Shown in pieces: positions 18,901-28,815 of a stretch of DNA of 64,000 bases (its first letter is position 1; each line of letters starts with the position of its first letter). The translations under genes were made by a program, and so were the position numbers. The notes below the pieces were generated by a model. It did not search any database. It saw nothing but the letters and a program-made list of their open reading frames with translations, and was not told the origin of the DNA. This DNA is from an uncultured delta proteobacterium. Its GTDB lineage: Bacteria > Myxococcota_A > Polyangia > Fen-1088. The stretch is from positions 224,001 through 288,000 of the forward strand of contig CAVWIP010000008.1 in NCBI GenBank assembly GCA_963755125.1, in the 5' to 3' direction.

Positions 18901-21842
18901 TGATTTCCCAGTACGAGCTCGAAGGCGTTCGCGTCGCGCGGACCACGATTTCCCCCGAACTATCGGGGAACGAGGACGACGTGTCCGTTCCGGCCACGGT
19001 GGACGTATTTGAGCTGTGCAACTCAGCCGATGCAGAGCGCACGGTGACGCTCGTGATCCCGCGGCCCTCTCTGGTGAATCTGACGGAAAAGAAACTTCGC
19101 GCCGAGCAGGACAACGCCTTCAGCGGGCAGGGCGCGACCGCTGACCATGTCCACGAGGAGTACCAATCCGCCACCATGAGCGGCGTCGTCATGGGCAGCA
19201 GAAAGACTGGCGACCGCATGGTCATCGCCGTTTCCAAGATGGACGGCGTCGATATTGATGTTCAGCCCGCTTTCCGGACCGCGGCTTACAAGACCGACTT
19301 GCTCGCGGACCTGCAGGGCCGGTTCGCAGCCCATAAAGAGCCCGAGCCGACGTTCGAGTGCGGAGCGGCCATCGCCGTCACCGTGAAGCTTGCGGCCAAC
19401 GGACGGGCGAAGATCCCCTTCGCCACGGTCATGGACTTTCCGAAGCAAGAGTATGTCGATGGAAAGTCGTTCGATCGAGCCTACACAAAGAGGTTCACGA
19501 ACCAAAAGACGCGAGCCGTTGCCATGACCGAATGGGCCTTGGCGGAATACGCGAATTGGATCGATCGAACCGGGGCAATCCAGTCCCGGGTGTTCGACAT
19601 CGTCCGCCGCGACCCCGGTTACGCCAACGACCGGCCGGCTGCCACACGCGTGGTCAATTTGCTGATGAACGAGATCTCCTATCTCTTGTCCAACGCAGCC
19701 GTGTGGATTGAGGGCGGATTGGCGGAATTTCTTGAGTGCTTCGACTATCCCTTCCTCAATTCGGCCGACGTGGACTGGTACTCCCAGTTGTTGTTGATGG
19801 TGTTCCCTGAGAAAGAGAAGGCTATTTGCCAGAAATTCATCGATTCGATTGGCGGCCAGGACGATACGGAAGTCTATTTCCACTGGCACGCTGCCAGCGC
19901 CCAAATGCGGGTGGAGCTTGAGGAGTGGAAGAAGCTGAAGGCGCTCGCCCTGTCGGGCAAACCTTTGGATGGCGACGCGGCCGCCCGCTTCGAGTACTTG
20001 GAATACGAGGCGGACGTGGGCGACGGCAAGAAAGGCTACAACGGCCGCTCTTTGACCCACATCAAGGGGCCGAAGAAGCTCAAGGGCAGCGTCAGCCACG
20101 ACGTGGGCCGTTTGACCGCGGGCAATCCCATGCGCGGCAACGTCAGCGAGTACGACTGGTTCAACACCAACTACTGGGTGGACCTGTTCCCCAAATTGGC
20201 CCAGCGAGTGGCCCGCAACGCCAAGTTCACCAACGATACCGAGTTCGTCGCCAAGAACTGGGCGACCCTGCAGACCGGATTCACCTACTGGATTGGTCTC
20301 GACCGAGACGGCGACGGCATCCCCGAAGGCAACCCCGGCGAAGTCAAGAACACTTTCGACAACATCAAGCTGTTCGGCTACGACTCCTACAGCGCCAGCC
20401 TGGCCTTGGCCGGATACGAATCCATCGTCCGGATAGCGGAGATGATGCTCGCCAGGACAGCGACGGAGGCGGAGCGCAGCTCCCTGCGCGCCACGGTCGC
20501 GGACTGTCGCGCGCGCTTCGAGAAGGCGAAGAAGACCATCGAGACGTTGTGGGTCAGCACGCGCAACGACGACGGGACGGAAGGCGGCTACTTCGCCACC
20601 TGCTACGATCCCAAGGTGGAGCCAGGGGACTTCGCCGTCTCTCCCCAGACCGCGACCTTGCGGGAGCAATTGATACGGGCCGGGTATCTGCGCGACGATG
20701 GCAGCGTCGACGCGGAAGAAGTGAATCCGATCGGCAATCCGTCCGCGCTGCAATTGTCCCCCGGCTTCGACAAAAAGGCGGTTCTCGGCCTGCTCAAGTT
20801 CTACGCGGGAGGAACCGACCCGAACCAGGTCGCGAATCTGACGGAAACCCTCGAGAAAGTCGGCTCGGTCTTTGACCAGCTAAAGAAGTACCGTTACACC
20901 GATGAGGACAATGGCGCCATCGACCGGGCGAAGTTTGAAGCCCTGCCGAACGCCGGCGCCATGAAGCTCGGCCCCTTTATCGACAAGGCGTACGTTTACG
21001 GGGAAATAGGGAAAGTCCTGGCAGAGACGGCCTCGGTCTATCCCGAGCTCGAGCGGAACGGCTACGTCGCGGGCGGGAAGATCCAGGACAAGTTCTGGGA
21101 AGTATCCTCAGCCGAACGCTTGCAGGGCCGCTATCCTGATCGCCTGGCCTCTTTCAACGCCCTGATGGTTCACAAGAGCTTCGACGTATTCACCAACCAG
21201 TTGGACGGTTTGTGGGCGTGGATTGCCATGGGCGAAAACCCGGAGGAATTGGTGAAGCCCGCGCGAGTGCAGATGATCCTGAAGACCATCTATGAGAACA
21301 ATCGCGTGACCAACGGCTGGGCCACCCAGAGAACCGCGGACGGAAAGGAAGTGAAGTCCGACCAGGGCAAGGATGTCTGGATCGCCTCCAACTACGTCCT
21401 GGCCCATATGCTGGACTATTGCGGCCTGACTGAGGAAAGTAAGGATGTCTACAAGGTGATGGACGAGATCCTGCTTCAGCACGACAACACCTCGACCTCT
21501 CCCGAAAGCGTTCGGCCGGACGAAAACAAGTTCATCGTCAAGGGATATCCCCGCCCCGGAGCCGTGTGGACCCAGTTGCCCCTGCTCTTCTTCAAAGCCC
21601 AAAAACAGGCCGGCAAGAAGATCTCCACGCCGGAAGAGATGAAGGCGTTCATGCAAGGGATTTTCAATCCCGACGGCGCGACCCTGGCGACGTTTCGCTC
21701 AGGCCAAGGCAAGACGGAGTCCGCCCATTGGGGCCGGAAAGCAGGACGGATCCCCTACGGGTTGAGTCGGGTAAGGCCCGGCGCCGGCAGCGGGCCCGCC
21801 ATGCCCGGCGGCGGCGGCACGGCTGGTTCCGTCTTGGCCTAG
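15996..21842 (+). CDS. GH94 glycoside phosphorylase fused to a GH116-like beta-glycosidase
   Basis: N-terminal part: EYVVTDPRTPTKWVNY, GVRDTNQD, WADWND, KENAGIF; C-terminal part: LECFDYPFLNSADV, DRDGDGIPE..NTFDN, DVFTNQLDG. Confidence 0.8.
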   Translation: MRTKIRRDETASNFGFYDDAAREYVVTDPRTPTKWVNYIGTLDFGGFVDQTGGLNICKKDPANNRITGYKIDTPQNAMRGNTLYCRIKNADGTYTVFSPFFTPTLTPYDKFECRMGLGYNKWLVRMNGLEFEIKMFIPAGASQVVTDVKVRNISAPADAQVDVIPLVEFSHPDALKNLTNADWVPQTMKGKAVGNVITQYPHMAEGRRANFMTANRPMDSFTTDRNKFLGSHGYGTYAEPGGLAEDHLDNYQALRADNGNSIAAILYRLGSIAQGQESRIIIQLGQNTSVEAAADSIARLQDPQNVDAAFVALHAFWRGYLDHLRDVETPDSALNKIVNTLGPRQNHATFFWSRYLSLNQLGYGGDRGIGVRDTNQDLMGVLPYMPDKAREMIEKLLSVQRFDGSSMHQFNPLTMKASIGEGQAGSEQDFYSDDHLWNVLSVVEYVKETGDTAFLNKVIGYYDEGTGEKKSGTVLQHLHRALAFTPGNLGRHGLPKLGWADWNDAFNMEGSESVFSACLYGKALLEMQELMDVLGDVKSAQGYAEEYDRIKKSVNKHAWDGEWYVSYIDKDGKLVGSKKNEEGQIYLYTQAWAVIAGFASPDRAARAMKSVQEKLDTKHGIKVMTPAYKKTQPGISASTYTPGLKENAGIFLHPNPWAAIAETMLGHGERAVQIIDRINPLKQDTNTYECQPDVFVQNMASDEHPQFGLARNPWLSGTVSWVNQATTKNILGIRPTYKGLMIDPAIPESWPGYTATRVFRGVACHIRVERGDGANRVMLVDGKPVAGNVVPTTFFSGKNEVQIVVKLDNKPAVPLIEKMVQECESRRAAAVAAQDPGPLKRHELHTVGGELAKVIYLFRRMLVHAQGLSATLDFPPTGVVTGAPTLATGISPFGQVNHLLDAGRSIRFGKRMRFASTPMIGITQAGKTQTRLLTNLKREDEDEKGEEPQSYPDSIADEDVSVTLAPPSMISQYELEGVRVARTTISPELSGNEDDVSVPATVDVFELCNSADAERTVTLVIPRPSLVNLTEKKLRAEQDNAFSGQGATADHVHEEYQSATMSGVVMGSRKTGDRMVIAVSKMDGVDIDVQPAFRTAAYKTDLLADLQGRFAAHKEPEPTFECGAAIAVTVKLAANGRAKIPFATVMDFPKQEYVDGKSFDRAYTKRFTNQKTRAVAMTEWALAEYANWIDRTGAIQSRVFDIVRRDPGYANDRPAATRVVNLLMNEISYLLSNAAVWIEGGLAEFLECFDYPFLNSADVDWYSQLLLMVFPEKEKAICQKFIDSIGGQDDTEVYFHWHAASAQMRVELEEWKKLKALALSGKPLDGDAAARFEYLEYEADVGDGKKGYNGRSLTHIKGPKKLKGSVSHDVGRLTAGNPMRGNVSEYDWFNTNYWVDLFPKLAQRVARNAKFTNDTEFVAKNWATLQTGFTYWIGLDRDGDGIPEGNPGEVKNTFDNIKLFGYDSYSASLALAGYESIVRIAEMMLARTATEAERSSLRATVADCRARFEKAKKTIETLWVSTRNDDGTEGGYFATCYDPKVEPGDFAVSPQTATLREQLIRAGYLRDDGSVDAEEVNPIGNPSALQLSPGFDKKAVLGLLKFYAGGTDPNQVANLTETLEKVGSVFDQLKKYRYTDEDNGAIDRAKFEALPNAGAMKLGPFIDKAYVYGEIGKVLAETASVYPELERNGYVAGGKIQDKFWEVSSAERLQGRYPDRLASFNALMVHKSFDVFTNQLDGLWAWIAMGENPEELVKPARVQMILKTIYENNRVTNGWATQRTADGKEVKSDQGKDVWIASNYVLAHMLDYCGLTEESKDVYKVMDEILLQHDNTSTSPESVRPDENKFIVKGYPRPGAVWTQLPLLFFKAQKQAGKKISTPEEMKAFMQGIFNPDGATLATFRSGQGKTESAHWGRKAGRIPYGLSRVRPGAGSGPAMPGGGGTAGSVLA

Positions 21843-21869
21843 AACGGGGTGTGCCGAATGCGGTTCCCC

Positions 21870-23159
21870 TCACGTCGTCGATAGGGTTGTGCTCGGACTG
21901 ACCGGCAGACTCACCTCGAAACGACTGCCCATGGGCTGGCGGGCAACATACGCCACGTCGCCCGCGTGGTAGCGGGCCACCTGGCGGACCAGCGACAGAC
22001 CCAGCCCAAGACCAGCGTCGCCCGGACTCCGTGGCCCGGGCGGGCGATAGAACGGCGTGAAAATGCGCTCCTGCTCGCTCTCAGGTATGCCCGGGCCGTC
22101 GTCTTCCACGGCGATGACGGCCTGCGATTCCACCCGCCGCACCTCCGCGCGGATCGCGCCACTCCCGCCGTGCAGGCGCGCGTTGGCGAAGAGATTGCGC
22201 ACCATGTGCCTCATCATCGCCGCTTCGCAGGCGAGCGCCAGCGGCTCGCCGGTGACCTGGGCACCGACCGCCTGGGCTTCCTCGCGCACCAGCGCCAGCA
22301 GATCGACCTCCTTGGACGGACGCCGAGGCACGCCGGGCTGTGCGCGAGCCGAAAGCAGCAACTCCTCCACCAGGGCATCGAGCTCGACAATGTCTTCGCT
22401 GGCGCGGCGGGCGAGATCGCCGCGCCGGCCCGGGTCGGCTTCCCCGGCGAGTAATTCCAGGGCCATCCGAATGCGTGCCAGGGGCGAACGCAACTCGTGC
22501 GAGGCGCCGGCCAACATCTGCCGCTCCTGCGCGAGCAAGCCTTGGATGGCTGCAGCCGTCTGGTTGAACCGTTCGGCCAGCGTCGCGATCTCGTCGTGAC
22601 CGACCACGGGCACGCGGTGGTGAAGATCGCCAGCGCCCCAGCGACGTGCGCCCTCGGTCAGTTGTTCGAGGCGGCGGGTGATGCTTCGGGAGAGGGGAAG
22701 CATCCCTACAGCCATCATGGCAGCCAGGGCAATCAAGAGCGGGATGAACAGCGGTCGGTGCGGCCCGACATGGCTGCGTTCGCGCAAGCCGAGAGTGCGT
22801 CCGTCCCCGAGGGGGGTGAGCCAAACCGGGCCGTGCAGCGCGTGCTGCCAGCCATCGTCGCTGTGGGAAAAGGGCCCTGCCGACGCGTGGCCGGCATGAA
22901 AGAGCAGCCGACCATCCACGTCCCAGATCACGACATCCGCATCCAGCTCGCGCGCCTTGGCCTCAAGAAGCTGTGCCTCCGGGCCCCGACATGGGCCCGG
23001 CGCCTCGCAAACGAGGGAACGAGCGAGGGGCGCCAGGATGCGGCCAGCAGGAATGCGCGGCTGGTGGAAGGCACGTGCCAGCAGGGCTGTCACCAGCAAG
23101 GACAGCACGGTGATGGCCAGAAATGTCAGGTACAGCCTGTGATACAGGCGCCGTTTCAT
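21870..23159 (-). CDS. HAMP sensor histidine kinase (CpxA-like)
   Basis: ASHELRSPL H-box, EDDGPG, GLGLGLSLV. Confidence 0.9.
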   Translation of the reverse strand: MKRRLYHRLYLTFLAITVLSLLVTALLARAFHQPRIPAGRILAPLARSLVCEAPGPCRGPEAQLLEAKARELDADVVIWDVDGRLLFHAGHASAGPFSHSDDGWQHALHGPVWLTPLGDGRTLGLRERSHVGPHRPLFIPLLIALAAMMAVGMLPLSRSITRRLEQLTEGARRWGAGDLHHRVPVVGHDEIATLAERFNQTAAAIQGLLAQERQMLAGASHELRSPLARIRMALELLAGEADPGRRGDLARRASEDIVELDALVEELLLSARAQPGVPRRPSKEVDLLALVREEAQAVGAQVTGEPLALACEAAMMRHMVRNLFANARLHGGSGAIRAEVRRVESQAVIAVEDDGPGIPESEQERIFTPFYRPPGPRSPGDAGLGLGLSLVRQVARYHAGDVAYVARQPMGSRFEVSLPVSPSTTLSTT

Positions 23160-23869
23160 GGCTCGCCCGCCTTGGCTCCTCCGGGCGGCAACGCCAGCAC
23201 GTAGCCCGCGCCGCGCACCGTCTGCACCAGGCGAGGATGTCGCGGATCCTCTTCGATCGCCTGACGAATGCGCGAAATGTGGACGTCAATGCTCCGATCC
23301 ATGTTGTCCCATTCCTCGCCCTTGAGCGCTTCCATGAGCTGGTCGCGCGATTGCACCCGCCCGGCCCGCTCGGCCAGCAGCAGCAAAAGATCGAACTGCC
23401 GGCCAGTCAGCTCGCAGCGCTGGCCGCGCACTCGCACCTCGCGGGTCGCGCGATCGATCTCCAGCGGCCCCGCCTGCAACCGCTCGGCCGCCTGTTGCTC
23501 ACGTGTGCGCGTGCGACGCAAGACTGCGGCCAGGCGCGCCAGCAGTTCACGCGGGTTGAACGGCTTGGGCAAGTAGTCGTCCGCGCCGATCTCGATTCCC
23601 ACGATGCGGTCCATGTCATCGCCGCGCGCCGTGAGCATCACGATGGGGACCTGGGAGACAGCGCGCATGCGACGACACACCTCGAGCCCGTCGATCCCGG
23701 GCAGCATCACGTCGAGAATCACCGCTTCGTATTCGTTGCGGCGTTGAGCCTGCAGCCCACTTTCCCCATCACCGCAGCAATCCACCACGTACCCATGCCC
23801 ACGCAAGTACCCGCCCAGCATCTCGGCCAAGCGGGCATCGTCATCGATCAAGAGAACACGCGTTGACAT
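23156..23869 (-). CDS. OmpR-family response regulator (CpxR-like)
   Basis: ILDVMLP, GADDYLPKPF, DRSIDVHISRIR..TVRGAGY. Confidence 0.95.
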   Translation of the reverse strand: MSTRVLLIDDDARLAEMLGGYLRGHGYVVDCCGDGESGLQAQRRNEYEAVILDVMLPGIDGLEVCRRMRAVSQVPIVMLTARGDDMDRIVGIEIGADDYLPKPFNPRELLARLAAVLRRTRTREQQAAERLQAGPLEIDRATREVRVRGQRCELTGRQFDLLLLLAERAGRVQSRDQLMEALKGEEWDNMDRSIDVHISRIRQAIEEDPRHPRLVQTVRGAGYVLALPPGGAKAGEP

Positions 23870-23939
23870 GGTCGGGCAGAGGGCCGGACGGGCAACCGGG
23901 CGTTACCCCATATTGTAACCGGGCCCGGCCGCTTGGTGG

Positions 23940-24467
23940 TTAGAAACCGTGATGGCGGTGGCCGCCATGGCTGCGCATCTGCTGAACCAAGGTCTGACGC
24001 TGCTCTGCGGTCAGAATGTTGCCGGCCGCGACCAAAGCCGTGGTGATGGTCTTCGATGCCTGGTCCATCAGCGCGGAAGCCTGAGCCCGCAGATTCTCGA
24101 TGGCAGCCGGATCCAGGGTGGCCGCCGCGAAAGCGTCGCCCATCGCCTTGTGCAACTGAGCGTGCTGCTGGTGGATGGGTTTCAGGTCAGCCGCCAGCTG
24201 CTGAATGATTGGTTTGATAGCGGCCCGCTGACTGTCGGTGGCCTTGACCAGGTCCAGCGCTTTCTCCAGGCGGCGCTGCATGAACGCCTGACGCTCTGCG
24301 GGCGAGCCCTCCCAGTTGTCCCCCCCTGGGCCGAAGCCCATGCCGCCCGTGCCACCGGCCCACGCCCGCGCGCCGTAGACTCCGGCAAGAGCCAAGGGAA
24401 GCGCCAGCAGCAGCCACCAGCGCTTCGTCCTCGATTGCTGCAGGTTCGTGGATTTTCCTTCAGTCAT
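23940..24467 (-). CDS. Spy/CpxP-family periplasmic protein
   Basis: Signal peptide, helical body, ILTAEQR (LTxxQ motif); AAGGAG RBS before ATG 24467. Confidence 0.8.
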   Translation of the reverse strand: MTEGKSTNLQQSRTKRWWLLLALPLALAGVYGARAWAGGTGGMGFGPGGDNWEGSPAERQAFMQRRLEKALDLVKATDSQRAAIKPIIQQLAADLKPIHQQHAQLHKAMGDAFAAATLDPAAIENLRAQASALMDQASKTITTALVAAGNILTAEQRQTLVQQMRSHGGHRHHGF

Positions 24468-24554
24468 CGTGTCCTCCTTGCGTTGCAACGGACTGGCTTG
24501 CGTCCCGTCTGCACTCAAGATGGCGCGCTGGTTGTGCTGGCGTATTGCGCGAAA

Positions 24555-24569
24555 GTAAAGTTAGGTAAA
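24555..24569. promoter_or_regulatory. CpxR-type binding box
   Basis: GTAAA-GTTAG-GTAAA matches GTAAA-N5-GTAAA, about 90 bp upstream of the Spy/CpxP gene. Confidence 0.65.
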
Positions 24570-24696
24570 TCCGTCGGGCGGTTGTTGTGCGCCAGGCAGT
24601 TACGCCGTCCGTTTCTCGGTGCTGTGGACGACGCGACGCCATTCTTCTCACCCGAGGACGGGCCGGTCGGCACCGGTTTGCCAAGAAGTTTCGGGG

Positions 24697-24714
24697 CTGT
24701 CACAGGGTCGTCAC
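24697..24714 (+). promoter_or_regulatory. Pho-box-like direct repeat upstream of porin
   Basis: CTGTCAC-AGGG-TCGTCAC (11-bp period). Confidence 0.65.
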
Positions 24715-24752
24715 GCAGGACCCCTAACCTGCGCCCAAGGAGATTGAAACCC

Positions 24753-26318
24753 ATGAAGACAAGGCAAGTCCAGTTCACTTTGTTGTCCTTTTCGTTGTTT
24801 GCAGCATCGGGGGTCCTTGCGCAAGAGACCGCCGGAGCCGGCAGCCAGGCCCCTGCGGCCAGCGAGGCGCCTGCCGCGCCAGGTTCGCCGGAAGCTCCGC
24901 CGCCTTTGGCCGGCGCCGGTCCGGTCCAGCCTGTCACCGCACCCACTGCGGTGGCGAGCGCGCCCGTCATGCCCCCACCCGCGCCGGCCACCTCCAGCGG
25001 TCGGGTGAGCACCAAGTTCGATGCGACCTTCTACGGTTTTATCGAGCTTGATTCGATCTTCGATTCGACCCAGAGCTTTACCGACGTTGCCGGCGGGGCA
25101 TCCATCCAGCGGCCGGGCACCTACGCCAACGACCACGGCCGAACCACCTTCGGAGTCCGCAACTCTCGGCTGGGCTTCAAACTGACAGGGCCGGAAACCG
25201 AAAACCTCAAGACCTCGGGCATTTTCGAGATGGATTTCCTTGGCAACCAGCCGCAAAGCACGCCGCTGGTCGTGGCACCGCAGAGCGGCGGTGGATCGAC
25301 GGGAATCAAAGCCGCGTCAACTGGCGCTCCCACGGTTTCGGAAGCCTCCTATTTTACCAGCCCGACGTTTCGCATCCGTCATGCCGCACTGAAGCTCGCC
25401 ACTCCCATCGTCGACATTCTGGCCGGTCAATACTGGTCGCTTTTCGGCTGGCAATCGATGTTTCACCCCAACACCGTCGAGATTCAGGGCGTGCCGGGCC
25501 AAATCTATTCCCGCACACCACAGATACGCCTTTCCCACGTCTTCGATGCTGGCCCCGTGGGGGTCGAGGTAGCGGTCGCTGCCGGCCGGCCGGCACAGCG
25601 CGATTCCGAAGTTCCGGACGGCATAGGCGGCCTGCGTTTCATGGTCAACGACTGGAAGGCGCTGCACACGGGAGGTGCCACCGGCACCGCCGTCGATCCA
25701 CTTTCCATCGGAGTTTCCGGAATTGCTCGCCGATTTAAAGTGCCGGACTTTTCCGACACACCCACCATCAGCCGCAAGCTGAATGGCTGGGGCGTTTCCG
25801 TGGATGGCTTGCTCCCGGTTATCCCCGCCACGTCCAGCAAGGATGGCAACGCCTTGACCCTGACCGGCTCCTTCGTCTACGGCCGCGCCATTGCCGACAT
25901 GTACACTGGATTCACCGGTGGCGCGTTTACGCCCACTCTGCCTTCGGGAAACCCGTTTACCGCCCAGGATGTGGACAATGGCCTGGTGGTCTACGACCCC
26001 ACTGGTGTGATGCACGCCATTTACTGGCGATCGGTCATAGTCGGGGCGCAATACTACCTGCCGACATCGTTGCGAATGTGGGTCTCGGGAAACTATTCCC
26101 ACATTAATTCCAACAACATCAATACGCTGTCCGCGAATTCTTCCTCGGCGCCCAGCAAGATATTCGACAAGGAGGACTGGGCAGACGGCAACCTGTTTGT
26201 CGCCGCCAACGAGGCGGTTCGCTTCGGTCTCGAATACGCCTGGTTCCGCCAGACCTATCTTGACGGCGTCAAGGCCACCGACCAGCGCGTTCAGTTCTCG
26301 GCCTTCTATGTCTTCTAG
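24753..26318 (+). CDS. Outer-membrane porin (DcaP-like), likely phosphate-regulated
   Basis: AAGGAG RBS, signal peptide, FYGFIELD..RNSRLGFK..FRIRHA, ends VQFSAFYVF. Confidence 0.7.
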   Translation: MKTRQVQFTLLSFSLFAASGVLAQETAGAGSQAPAASEAPAAPGSPEAPPPLAGAGPVQPVTAPTAVASAPVMPPPAPATSSGRVSTKFDATFYGFIELDSIFDSTQSFTDVAGGASIQRPGTYANDHGRTTFGVRNSRLGFKLTGPETENLKTSGIFEMDFLGNQPQSTPLVVAPQSGGGSTGIKAASTGAPTVSEASYFTSPTFRIRHAALKLATPIVDILAGQYWSLFGWQSMFHPNTVEIQGVPGQIYSRTPQIRLSHVFDAGPVGVEVAVAAGRPAQRDSEVPDGIGGLRFMVNDWKALHTGGATGTAVDPLSIGVSGIARRFKVPDFSDTPTISRKLNGWGVSVDGLLPVIPATSSKDGNALTLTGSFVYGRAIADMYTGFTGGAFTPTLPSGNPFTAQDVDNGLVVYDPTGVMHAIYWRSVIVGAQYYLPTSLRMWVSGNYSHINSNNINTLSANSSSAPSKIFDKEDWADGNLFVAANEAVRFGLEYAWFRQTYLDGVKATDQRVQFSAFYVF

Positions 26319-26358
26319 CCGCTGGCTGGCCTAGCCGCCAATCAGGACGCTCCGAAGT

Positions 26359-26400
26359 TTCGCGCCGCAACTGCGAAAGTTCTTCCAGTTGCGGCGCGAA
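26359..26400. terminator. Hairpin between convergent porin and phoU
   Basis: Perfect 15-bp stem TTCGCGCCGCAACTG / CAGTTGCGGCGCGAA, 12-nt loop. Confidence 0.7.
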
Positions 26401-26410
26401 CCCGCGCTTC

Positions 26411-27106
26411 TCAGTTCTTGTCGCCCTCGGCGCGGCTGCCGGGATGGCGGATGTCGCTGCCCTTGACCATGAACACGACCAGCTCGGCCAGGTTGGTGGC
26501 GTGGTCGGCGATGCGCTCCAGGTACTTGGCGATCGATTGCAGGCGGGTGGCCCGGTACACGTTCTTCGACTCTTCCATCATGTAGGTCAGCAGTTCGCGG
26601 AATATCTGGGCGTAGAAGTCGTCGATGATCTGGTCCCGGGCGATGACCCGGCGGGCACGATCGGCGTCCTTGCCCACGAACGCGTCCAGGGCTTCACGCA
26701 ACATCATCTGGGTTTCGTCTGCCATGCGGGGCAAATCGACGTAGGGCTTGAGCGGGGGCTCGCTGTTCAGCTCGATCACGCGCTCGGAGATGTTCACGCC
26801 CAGATCACCCACGCGTTCCAGATCGGTGACCGCCTTGAGCACCATGGTGACGAAGCGTAGGTCGGAGGCGACCGGCTGGCGGCGCGCCAAGATTTGCAGG
26901 CACAGACCGTCGATTTCGACCTCCAGCCGATCGACGACGCGGTCGGCTTCGATGGTCCGCTGCGCGAGTTCGGAATCGCGTTCCACCAGGGCGCGCAGGC
27001 TGGAGCCAATGATCCCCTCCACGTGGCTTCCCATGAGCAGGAGCTGCTCGCGCAGATGCCGCAGTTCCTGTTCGAATTCCTGGTCGGTGTGCTCGCGTGC
27101 GCGCAT
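26411..27106 (-). CDS. phoU: Phosphate signalling protein PhoU
   Basis: RQPVASDLR..DLERVGD..YLERIADHATN. Confidence 0.97.
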   Translation of the reverse strand: MRAREHTDQEFEQELRHLREQLLLMGSHVEGIIGSSLRALVERDSELAQRTIEADRVVDRLEVEIDGLCLQILARRQPVASDLRFVTMVLKAVTDLERVGDLGVNISERVIELNSEPPLKPYVDLPRMADETQMMLREALDAFVGKDADRARRVIARDQIIDDFYAQIFRELLTYMMEESKNVYRATRLQSIAKYLERIADHATNLAELVVFMVKGSDIRHPGSRAEGDKN

Positions 27107-27115
27107 GGCCCTCTC

Positions 27116-27904
27116 CTAACCGAAGCGACCGGTGACGTAGTCCTCGGTGCGAGGCTGGCTGGGGTGGGTGAAGATGGTGTCCGTGCTGGCGAATTCCACC
27201 AAATCGCCCATGTAGAAGAAAGCCGTGTAGTCGGACACGCGGGCGGCCTGCTGCATGTTGTGGGTCACGATGACCACGGTGTAGTCGCGCGCCAGTTCGT
27301 GGATCAGCTCCTCGATGTGAGCCGTGGCAATGGGGTCGAGCGCCGAGGCCGGCTCGTCCATCAGCAGGACCTCCGGCTCCACCGCCAAAGCGCGAGCGAT
27401 GCACAGGCGCTGCTGCTGGCCGCCCGACAGTCCCAGTGCGCTTTCCCCCAGACGATCCTTGACCTCGTCCCACAGCGCCGCTTGCCCCAGCGCGCGTTCC
27501 ACCCGGCCGGCGATCTCGGCGCGGTCCCGCAGGCCGCCTATGCGCAGGCCATAGGCCACATTGTCGAAGATGGTCTTGGGAAAGGGATTCGATTTCTGGA
27601 AGACCATGCCCACTCGCCGCCGCACCTCCACCGGGTCTACGCCCGGGCCGTAGATGGCCTGTCCGTCCAGCCGCACGTCGCCCTCCACGCGGCAACCCAG
27701 GACCAGATCATTCATCCGGTTGAGCGAGCGCAAGAACGTGGACTTGCCACAGCCCGAGGGGCCAATCAGCGCGGTGACGTGCTTCTCGGCGATCTCCATG
27801 GTGGCCGGTCCCAGGGCGCGCTTGTCGCCATAGTGTACGACCAGGTCGCGAACCGACAGACTGATTCGCGCGGCGCCCGCGCCGGCGTTGGCATCACCAT
27901 TCAT
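27116..27904 (-). CDS. pstB: Phosphate ABC transporter ATPase
   Basis: [32 protein letters not shown]. Confidence 0.97.
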   Translation of the reverse strand: MNGDANAGAGAARISLSVRDLVVHYGDKRALGPATMEIAEKHVTALIGPSGCGKSTFLRSLNRMNDLVLGCRVEGDVRLDGQAIYGPGVDPVEVRRRVGMVFQKSNPFPKTIFDNVAYGLRIGGLRDRAEIAGRVERALGQAALWDEVKDRLGESALGLSGGQQQRLCIARALAVEPEVLLMDEPASALDPIATAHIEELIHELARDYTVVIVTHNMQQAARVSDYTAFFYMGDLVEFASTDTIFTHPSQPRTEDYVTGRFG

Positions 27905-28815
27905 GAGGCAGCTCCTGCAAAACGACGGCGCATGTGCGAACGCACCACCACGGCCGTGGCGTTGAGCGCGAAGGTCAGCAGCAGCAAGACCAGCACCGTG
28001 GCGTAGAGGATGGGCCGCGTGGCATCCACATCCGGCGATTGCGTGGACAGGACGTAGACGTGATAGCCAAGCTGCATGAACTGGTCGTGCAAGCTTCCGG
28101 GCAGTTTTGGCAGGAAATAGGCCACCCCGGTGAAGAGAATGGGCGCGACCTCGCCGGCACCACGGCTGATGGCCAGAATGGCTCCAGTCAGGATGCCCGG
28201 CAAAGCCTGTGGCAGCACCACGCGCACGATGGTCTGCAGACGACTGGCGCCCAAGGCCGCGGAGGCCAGGCGCAGCTCACGCGGGACAGCGGCCAGGGCT
28301 TCCTCGGTCGCCACGATGACCACCGGCAGGGTCAGCACCGCCATGGTCAAGGCAGCCCAGACCAGCGCCGGCTGCCCGAACACACGCTGGCCGCCGTAAA
28401 AGGCGCGGTCGATCCCGGCGCCGACGAATTGAACGAAGAATCCCAAGCCGAACAGTCCGAACACAATCGACGGCACGCCGGCCAGGTTGTTGACTGCGAC
28501 GCGCACCAGGCGAGTCACGCGCGATCCGGGGTTGGCGTACTCCGATAGATAGATGGCGGTGGCCACGCCGGCTGGCAAGACAGCGAGAGTCATGAGCACG
28601 ACCAGAGCCACAGTGCCGAAGATGGCGGGGAAGATCCCGCCAGCCGTCATTCCTTCGCGTGGCGCCTGTGTCAGAAAAGTGAGCGTCATGTGCGGGGCGC
28701 CGTGGTAGGCAACATCGCCCAGGATTACGGCCACGATCAGCAGCACCAGCACCGCGGCCAGGCCAGTGCCCAGCGACAGGGCGACATCACCCACCCTCCG
28801 ACTGCGCCGTTTCAC
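27901..28815 (-). CDS. pstA: Phosphate ABC permease
   Basis: [22 protein letters not shown]. Confidence 0.95.
   Translation of the reverse strand: MKRRSRRVGDVALSLGTGLAAVLVLLIVAVILGDVAYHGAPHMTLTFLTQAPREGMTAGGIFPAIFGTVALVVLMTLAVLPAGVATAIYLSEYANPGSRVTRLVRVAVNNLAGVPSIVFGLFGLGFFVQFVGAGIDRAFYGGQRVFGQPALVWAALTMAVLTLPVVIVATEEALAAVPRELRLASAALGASRLQTIVRVVLPQALPGILTGAILAISRGAGEVAPILFTGVAYFLPKLPGSLHDQFMQLGYHVYVLSTQSPDVDATRPILYATVLVLLLLTFALNATAVVVRSHMRRRFAGAAS

Noticed and set aside
19023..20753. Long antisense ORFs (also 40990-42954, 54501-56114, 33505-34932)
   Set aside because: Shadow frames of real genes, expected from high-GC codon bias
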